The translations under genes were made by a program, and so were the position numbers. From Asterias rubens (Eukaryota), in the NCBI RefSeq assembly GCF_902459465.1, contig NC_047081.1, positions 1,798,001 to 1,862,000 of the forward strand: 64,000 nucleotides of DNA, in the 5' to 3' direction. Of this stretch, positions 57,069-64,000 are shown piece by piece. How positions within the stretch are numbered: the first letter of the stretch is position 1; every line of letters starts with the position of its first letter. The notes beneath the pieces are model-generated. The model saw only the letters and a list, made by a program, of their open reading frames with translations. It was not told the DNA's origin and ran no database searches.

Positions 57069-57222
57069 GGCCCCTTTCGAAACCACGGTTTTGGATTCGG
57101 CTTCAGGCCGTCTGAAGCCCTGATCACGTACACGCAAAGCACGCTCAAAATGTCAAAACAGTCGCGGGGCCAATCTAGCCTGAGCCGAATCCGGAGCCGA
57201 AGCCGCGGTTTCGAAAAGGGCC
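57069..57222. mobile_element. PIF/Harbinger-like MITE (154 bp) inserted in lectin copy 2
   Basis: TIR GGCCC(C/T)TTTCGAAACC / GGTTTCGAAAAGGGCC; 3-bp TSD TAT (57066-57068, 57223-57225); the empty site is visible in lectin copy 1. Other family members at 15620-15779, 26585-26742 and 11960-12010 (partial). Confidence 0.85.
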
Positions 57223-58199
57223 TATGGCGGGCCCGCGAGCTATCCTCGCGTCCAGAAACAGGTAGCACGAACCGCCATGTTGCTTCCAAAGATGGGGTTG
57301 CTGCAGCCTTGCGCATGAAAGTTGAGCTGACTGTAAAGTACCTACCATCTTCCACACGAAGACAAGGCACACGACGAGTAGTTTCATGGTGTACAATGCT
57401 GATTGAGGATTGGTGAACTATATTACACAGTTTATCATAACAGTACTTCAGCGAACAGTTTAATCATCAAGTGCATTCAAATTGAATCAGAACTTTGTGG
57501 GAATCTGTTTTCATCGCTGCGCTGTTGATCGAGTCCTTGAGTTGGAAAGGACTCGTTGAAACGTAAAGTAGAAATCAGCCATCATTTTAATGAACAATAG
57601 GCTCAATTAGTACCCCTTTGTTGGAGAGTGGCCAATTAAAAAACAAAAGAGTCTCCAAGTCGTTCAACAGCCAATGATAGCAGAGCAAAATGCATGCATG
57701 ATGAATATTCATAACTCGAAGGGCCAGCTGAGTTCAAAGGGCGAAGAACATGCGGGGTCTGTTTTGTATTCATATTTGATAATTGATATGACATTTTGGT
57801 AAATGTCAAAGACTTTTATACTTACTTGGTGTTGGCCTATACCAACATTTGAATGCATAAAATATGCAAACCTGTGATGTTCTGGGCCCAATTGATCATC
57901 GAAATTGCAATAAGTTATTAATAAAAGAAAACAAGAACCATCATGTTGCATTTAAACATTGTGTGCTTTCAGATGTCTGATACAGATTCGAATTTTGAGA
58001 TGAAACAAAATGATATCCTTTTCTAAAACTGGCGTTCTCATGGGGTTGTTTTTCAACAAAATAATCAGAAGCGGTCCTGTGCATACAAAATTTGCAATAA
58101 AATGTATAAGTCTAAGGAGTAATTTCCAAAGGCATCCTCTCCTTTTATTTTCCTCCAATTTCGATCCTTGAATCAAAACCCATTTGTCTCTTCTTGAAG

Positions 58200-60650
58200 T
58201 CACCATTTTGAATCCGCTGGCAGGGCTTGGAATAAGGGCTCCAGGAGCGTTTCCCGCACAGTGCGTGAAATATCGTCCCACGTGAATATCTTGACCCCTT
58301 CACAGTATTCAGGGTAGGGGTCAATGGGGTCCAAAGCAAACGGCTCGTCGTAGTCTTTGCTATAAAAAATCAAAACAAGACACACAGCCATTATGGTTAC
58401 TTAAAAAATGAAAAATGGGATGGGGGTGGACTGTATAGAGTAAAGCCATTCATCCAAAGTGTACTGTGTTGGTAGAGTCATATTCCTTTACATGCTAGAC
58501 TGGACCTCTCCACATATCCATAAGGGGACGGGTCTCAAATTGTTACTTTTATTGTTTATGTGTATTAATCTTTTGGTTTTTACCCATACACCGATGTGTG
58601 TTAGCACTGTATACTCAGTACTTTCCCGAGTCATGTGACCAAATATCACAGGCATGTTACTCGGGTGGGATTCGAACCCACGACCCTTGCAATTCTAGAG
58701 CAGTGTTTTACCAACTAGACTACCGAGGTTTGCCCGGTTGCTAGAGGCAGTTCGAATCCTATGTTTTGGCAGCGGGTACCACAACGATGTGGTTAAAACA
58801 TTTTTTACCAATAAACCATTTTGTTCTCAATTTGATGACTAAGCCATGCCTCAAAGTTAAATGACATGGGGAGTCATATTCATTGATATCCTAGACTTTG
58901 GACCATTCTACACATCTAAAAGGGGGTAGATCTCAGAGTTTTTTTTAAGGGACAGACAGCTATTTCAACTCATTTGTACTATGCACATTTTTAGCATGGA
59001 TTTATTGAGTTCACCCCTTACCCTTGTGAGCTTTCGAAAACAATATTTTCAACACCTTAAAAACATGTGAGTTTTCCTGCTCATAGTAATTTGTGTTAAA
59101 AAAAATGTTTTTTAAACCTTGCAAGAATCTTTCGCCATTTTTCATCTGATACTCGTCTCGGGTAGGCCCGCCGTTCACTCTCATCCCAGGTGATCTTGAT
59201 ATTCTTCCAGTCACTCAGCAGGAGTAGAACCTCCTTCAGCCCGGCAGCAAGCCCGAACCCCTCCCCGGCACCACTCCCCTCCCAACAGTGGACAACGAAC
59301 AACTCAAAGAACCGACCGTTGGGTTTATCCCTTCGGAGTCTGAGCCGATTCCACCTCCAGCACTTGATCATCAGAATCAAATCTTTTACATTTTGGGGAA
59401 GGCTCTGGTTGAAACGATGGCGGATGTCACCCAAGGTTGCCTGGTAGGGAAGCTTATCCGTGTCCTGCATGAACTGGCGGTACATTGTTTCTTTAACAGC
59501 TGTTGAAATGAAAGGATATATGAAGAGACTAGACATTAATAGTAAACTTTCGGGTTCACCCATGTTTCTCTTTTTGTGGGATTGTTGGCTCTGAAAATAG
59601 CCGGTGTGGTCTCGACAGTATACTCTGCTCGTCTTCAGGAGGAGTTGATATTTAATTCAAATTTTACCCCATTTGTCATGATGTGGGACTTGCTCAAGTT
59701 TATTGGTTGTTATGAGTGACGCACGTAGCCTGTGCTAGGAGCCGCCATGTTTGGCTGGAGCATAACATGACATGCATGTTGCAGTGGTTCAGAACTAACC
59801 AGGATTGACGCTCATTGACGTCTGGACGTCGCAGGTTCCAATCCCTTTCAAGTCAAAATGTGTCTTTGTTCCAAATCAACAACTATTTACTGGTGTACGA
59901 AATGATGTCTCTGTAATGAAACAATATAAAGGCAGACTCACATTTACTTGGATTCGCTCCGATGAGGTCCACAGCCGGCATGACCGTTCCGTCATACCAC
60001 TCGTTATTTACCATGATCCTGACTTGAACTGCCCCGTCCTTTAGGCTCTCCTGCCCCCGCAGTCTCACCGCGTCATGTACGCCTCCGGCCTTCAGGAGAT
60101 CTCTTGTTTGAGCCAGTACAGCCTGGATTCCCTTACGGTAGTCTCCAATACTCCGGAAATCTGACAGGTAGAGGGAAAGTTGGAACTCGACATCCTCTTG
60201 TGTCGAGGTCGTTCCCGAAACGAGGTCACCACTCTGCCGAAGAAGGAATGATTTAATTAACACAATGTCAAATAAGCCTGTTGTATGCACGAACAGACGG
60301 CTCCACTTATCAAAGGGTTGGATCTAGGTAAGTCTGTATAAATGGACATGGGATACTTATGTGCTAATAGTTTTTGCCACCTAAACACCCCTTTTAGATC
60401 ACGTGGAACAGTCCAGTTTGGGATATCAATGAATATGACTCCCCGGGTCATTACACTTTGGAGAACCATAATTCCTTACCACGGAGGTCCTGGCAATAGA
60501 GTACGATGCCTGTTTCGTGATGTAGAGAACGAGGTTGCGAAGCACCTGTGCAACCTCGTCTGCAAAATGGTCCCCGTGGCGTAGATGGGTGGACACGAAT
60601 GACGTCAGACCTTTGGGAGTCAATTCCCACGGGGAGGCCTCGCTGGTCAT
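58200..60650 (-). CDS. 2'-5'-oligoadenylate synthetase (OAS)-like protein, single OAS unit, 4 exons, 332 aa, catalytic motifs degenerate
   Basis: Exons 60480-60650, 59948-60233, 59118-59499, 58200-58359 (phases 0,1,2). OAS-like blocks: VMPAVD (cf. VLPAFD), VKDLILMIKCW (LKSLIRLVKHW), FELFVVHCWE (LELLTVYAWE), GLKEVLLLL, PFALDPIDP (PVILDPADP). The first intron sits immediately before the GGS-equivalent motif, as in vertebrate OAS1. An acceptor 7 nt upstream of the ATG suggests an unlocated upstream exon. Confidence 0.88.
58575..58790 (-). mobile_element. Second tRNA-derived SINE family, in OAS-like intron 3
   Basis: A-box-like TAGTCTAGTTGG and B-box GGTTCGAATCCC, followed by a body shared with about 47440-47580. 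Confidence 0.68.
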
Positions 60651-63187
60651 TGTCCTACTATAAATAAGTCAGTAAAAGATAGTTAGCCGGTAGAAGCATA
60701 CCAACTAAGATACTTTGGAACGCTAGGTGGCAGTAGACTTACCAGGTCAACTTCCATTGTTTACATTCTCACCTTTTCGAAACCAATGAACTAAACCACT
60801 CTAGTATGGTCCCGTAATAACAGCCTAAACCAAAATAACAAACATTTTGCGGCAACTCTTTTTCTAGCTTCAAAAGTTTACACCATCGAGGAAATTAAAT
60901 TGTCATCTTTTCATTAAAAGAAATTACCAAATTACGTGGACAAGTTTGCAAGTACGCTATAGTTTGATGAGAATTCACGTTTCGGAACTTAGTTCATAAT
61001 AAGGTCAATATTTGAAACTTCACAGCTGAAAAATGGTAACAAAGAAAAGAACACAGATTCAAATCTCTCAGCTTAATTTCTAAGCTGTTTTGTATCAACA
61101 CTCACCCCTAGATGTGTAAATCGCTCGCCGGCAGGAAAAACTCGAAAATGACGACTGTGGCTTTAAGGCGAAAAGCACAACTGACGTTTAGGAGTTGCTG
61201 TGATTTCCACAGCTCGTTTTAAAATAGTGGTTGATCATCAACACATAAACTACTTGTAACGAAACGAACGCTCTCCAAGTAAAGTAAACATTTCAGTTTT
61301 ATGAGTTAAACCAAGGTTAAACAGAACACTGGGGGAGAAAAACAGACAACGCAGTGTAATGTCTACTACGTGTCGTGTCGCATTTTGAACATTGAAAATC
61401 AACCTTCCCTAAAAAAATAAACTATTCCTACCTTTGACTATCACGTGGCCACTTCATAGTCTATTCCCTCCCATATTTGCCAGGAGTTAATAGCTTTTAA
61501 AGTCCACTCTAAACTCTCCAAACATCATAATGGGTAATGGATAAATACGGTCTCACAGAGACCCTGGCAACAGTAGACGCCATGTTAAGACCGCGTGTGT
61601 GAATCCAATACTACATAAATAAACCTCTGCACTTAATACACTCGGTACCGATTGTAATGCTTGCACTTTGGATTCAGACACTTGAACCGGACTAATTAAA
61701 CAGTTACACAAGTTCATAATTGTCTTACAACGACCTTTACATCGGTTTATACAAACAGAGGCTAAACGTCTGGCGTCACACTTCGTGGCACGCCATATTA
61801 TACCAGCCTAGGGATGCTTTTTTTTTTTTTTTTCTTTTTTTAACAGTGAGGGGTTTTATACTTTTTACCATTAGACATTCATTACGGTGTCGCCATCTTG
61901 ATTTTACTCCATTCCATATCATTGTTACCAAACTGAGGCTGGACGAAATAATAGTCTGGTGCCATGTTTATGCAATGAATATTAGCATTCATGGAAACAG
62001 GGAACACGACTAAGATGGTGTCAGCGTGATGACGGTCTATTCATTGCTTGAGTAGGAGACTACGTTGCGAGGGGCGAGGTGTACAAAACGGCGTTATAGA
62101 AACGTAGTCTGCACTCGAGATCGGAATTGGGTGTGTTACAGTGCAAAACCCCTCGTTGCGGTGTATCAAAAAAGGATGACCGGATGCTGCCAGATGTATC
62201 TTTGACCTCGCATTCATTTCACATGGAGATTTTTAGTAAATTCACATGTACATGTACCGGTCAAAACAATGGAGGACAAATATTACGCAGACGCTGCATT
62301 TTTATGGGCGGCCACATACAACTTAATGTTTACTATCTTCTGAACCGCGATATCTTACCCCCCCCCCCCCCCGAGTAACAGAAACGATAAGGCTTAAATG
62401 AAATAAAGTCAACACAAGTTGTAACTGTTAACATTATTTAATAACCAAATCATGCATACATATCAATTCTGAAGAAATAAAAATCACATTATTATTTATC
62501 ATACATAATTACTCTTTTCGGATATATTACATTTTTACAATTGGTTGGCACATGCCCAGAGATTTTAATCGGAAATATTGTGATGACAGATCATTCTAAT
62601 TTGATAAGAAATTGTATAACTTTATAGAATTTAAGGGAAACCTTTTGCTTATCAATGTTTCAATTTGCAATAATCAAAATTCAATTTTGAATAATAATGT
62701 AAGTAATCATATCTTTATTGGAAATTTTAAGTTAGTATCGGTTTTTTTTATTACATTTAATAAATGTATTAATCGTTATTATTGTTGTTTTTTGCTCTTA
62801 AAAATTCAAGTTTAAATAAATTTGTCAGATCTTCAAATTTGTGCGCACTTTTATATGAATACATTCGCAACTTGAGAAATTATTAAAGTTTTTTGCAGAA
62901 TTTTTAAAGATATTATACAGGGTGGATAAGGATAACAATAATCGTCATTGTTAAAAAATGTTTAGTCTGAAAGCTTAGTAGAAACTAAAGTTAATACCAG
63001 AAACATTTTTCCTATGAATTTGTATTCTTCCATTATTCTCTTGCAACTTATTGAGTCAACATTTTTCACAGATAAGTTTAATTTCATGCATGTTGGGATA
63101 CATCAAGTGAGAATACATTACTGGTCTTTGACAATTACTAAACGTGTTCATATAGCACCTTTAAGAAAACATGAACCAAAAGTTTTT

Positions 63188-64000
63188 TTAACGGCAACCA
63201 CATTCCTCAACCACCATGTCCTCGTGATGTTTCATAACAATGTTCCCGTGCTCCAGGTAGATCATACTCAACGCAGATAACTTAGTCGGAACACAGCACG
63301 GTTCCGGCGCCATGTCCGGTCTCCCTGTCGACCGCACCATGTTCTGCATAATGGCGTGGTTGCTCGGATTATCCGCGGATCCGAGCGGTCCGGCACATCT
63401 CCCGGCGCACCTGTACGCATTGAATCGTTTCGGGTAGACGATCCAGCTGGCCCAGCCACTGGTGTAGAAGTCCACATCCATCTTGACTCTCCTACAGGTT
63501 CCGGCGTCCCGGCTCTGAGCTATGATCTCACGTAGTAGTTTCTCCTGGATTAGTCGTTCCTGTTCCGCCTTGTTTGCTGAGCTGTAGTGATGTTTCTTCT
63601 CCTTCTTGTTCTTGCGTGATGATGCGCCCCGTTGAGTGCGGACTTTGACTGAGCTCTGAGCGTCGTCGATGATGTTGACCGGCTGCAGTGCACGTGAGAA
63701 GACTACCAGCGTGACATCCTCTAATCCACCGGTGCTGTCGACAGTTTCCTCTCTCTGTGGGATCTCACCAGAGCCGGTCGCTTCGTCGTCGAACAGTGAG
63801 AACGAGGATGAAGATGATGAAAGCGATGAAAACGAAGAGAGCTCTGCTTCGTCTGAGAAAGAGTTCACCGAGTCCTCCGAGCTCTCCGCACCATCACTCA
63901 CTGTGCGGATCTCAAGTTCGTATTTCCCGCGCAGAAAATTGTCCTCACGGAACCAGTGACGTAATCCCTCCGTGACGTCAAACACCTCACTTCCGTCGTA
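63188..64000 (-). CDS. nodal: Nodal (TGF-beta family ligand), 3' coding region: end of prodomain plus mature domain; continues past the right edge
   Basis: Frame open from 64000 to the stop at 63188. Cystine-knot pattern CRRVKMDVDF..GW..WIVYPKRFNAYRC.G.C...NHAIMQ...CCVPTKL..LSM.Y.EHG......HHEDMVVEECGCR is Nodal-typical; RTQR furin-type site upstream. Confidence 0.9.
   Translation of the reverse strand, partial: YDGSEVFDVTEGLRHWFREDNFLRGKYELEIRTVSDGAESSEDSVNSFSDEAELSSFSSLSSSSSSFSLFDDEATGSGEIPQREETVDSTGGLEDVTLVVFSRALQPVNIIDDAQSSVKVRTQRGASSRKNKKEKKHHYSSANKAEQERLIQEKLLREIIAQSRDAGTCRRVKMDVDFYTSGWASWIVYPKRFNAYRCAGRCAGPLGSADNPSNHAIMQNMVRSTGRPDMAPEPCCVPTKLSALSMIYLEHGNIVMKHHEDMVVEECGCR

Larger units (their letters stand above)
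56346..57387 (-). pseudogene. Intronless signal peptide + C-type lectin + PAN/apple domain gene, copy 2, interrupted by two MITEs
   Basis: ATG at 57387 (MKLLVVCLVFVWKMV). Removing 57069-57222 plus its TAT TSD and 56732-56873 plus its AT TSD restores one open frame through the CTLD (SCYLF...MWLGC...EPSTENAC...WEGPQC) and PAN domain (CCLACAKECSCRSFSL) to TGA at 56346. Paralogous to copy 1 including flanks (about 54175-55330 vs 56315-57725). Confidence 0.82.

Noticed and set aside
58665-58730. tRNA-like sequence with A and B boxes on the minus strand
   Set aside because: Acceptor and anticodon stems do not pair cleanly and the downstream body is shared with another copy (about 47440-47580), so it is a SINE head rather than a tRNA gene.
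60780-61340. GAAA-rich motifs upstream of the OAS-like gene as ISRE/IRF sites
   Set aside because: Matches are short and expected by chance in AT-rich DNA, and the TSS is unknown.

Overview
Eukaryotic, AT-rich, intron-containing animal genomic DNA, probably an echinoderm such as a sea star (inferred from the Nodal sequence, the TTAGGG repeat and the repeat landscape). I reconstructed genes by hand using GT-AG boundaries and codon-phase bookkeeping. They are: (1) a cadherin-related gene on the minus strand (20 phase-consistent coding exons, about 835 aa, running off the left edge); (2) an intronless CHST-type carbohydrate sulfotransferase; (3) a complete 6-exon UBE2D (147 aa); (4,5) two convergent SLC16/MCT-family MFS transporter paralogs; (6,7) two tandem intronless signal peptide + C-type lectin + PAN/apple genes, one broken by stops and a frameshift, the other by two MITE insertions; (8) an intact 4-exon OAS-like gene with a degenerate catalytic site; (9) the 3' coding part of nodal at the right edge. 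Non-coding DNA is packed with non-autonomous DNA transposons (TTAA-TSD Kolobok-like, PIF/Harbinger-like, hAT), tRNA-derived SINEs, L2-type LINE 3' ends, hammerhead-ribozyme-like remnants, minisatellites and a short interstitial (TTAGGG)5. The best leads are the candidate OAS pseudoenzyme, a MITE whose insertion creates an exactly frame-restoring GC-AG intron in a lectin gene, and the hammerhead remnants.
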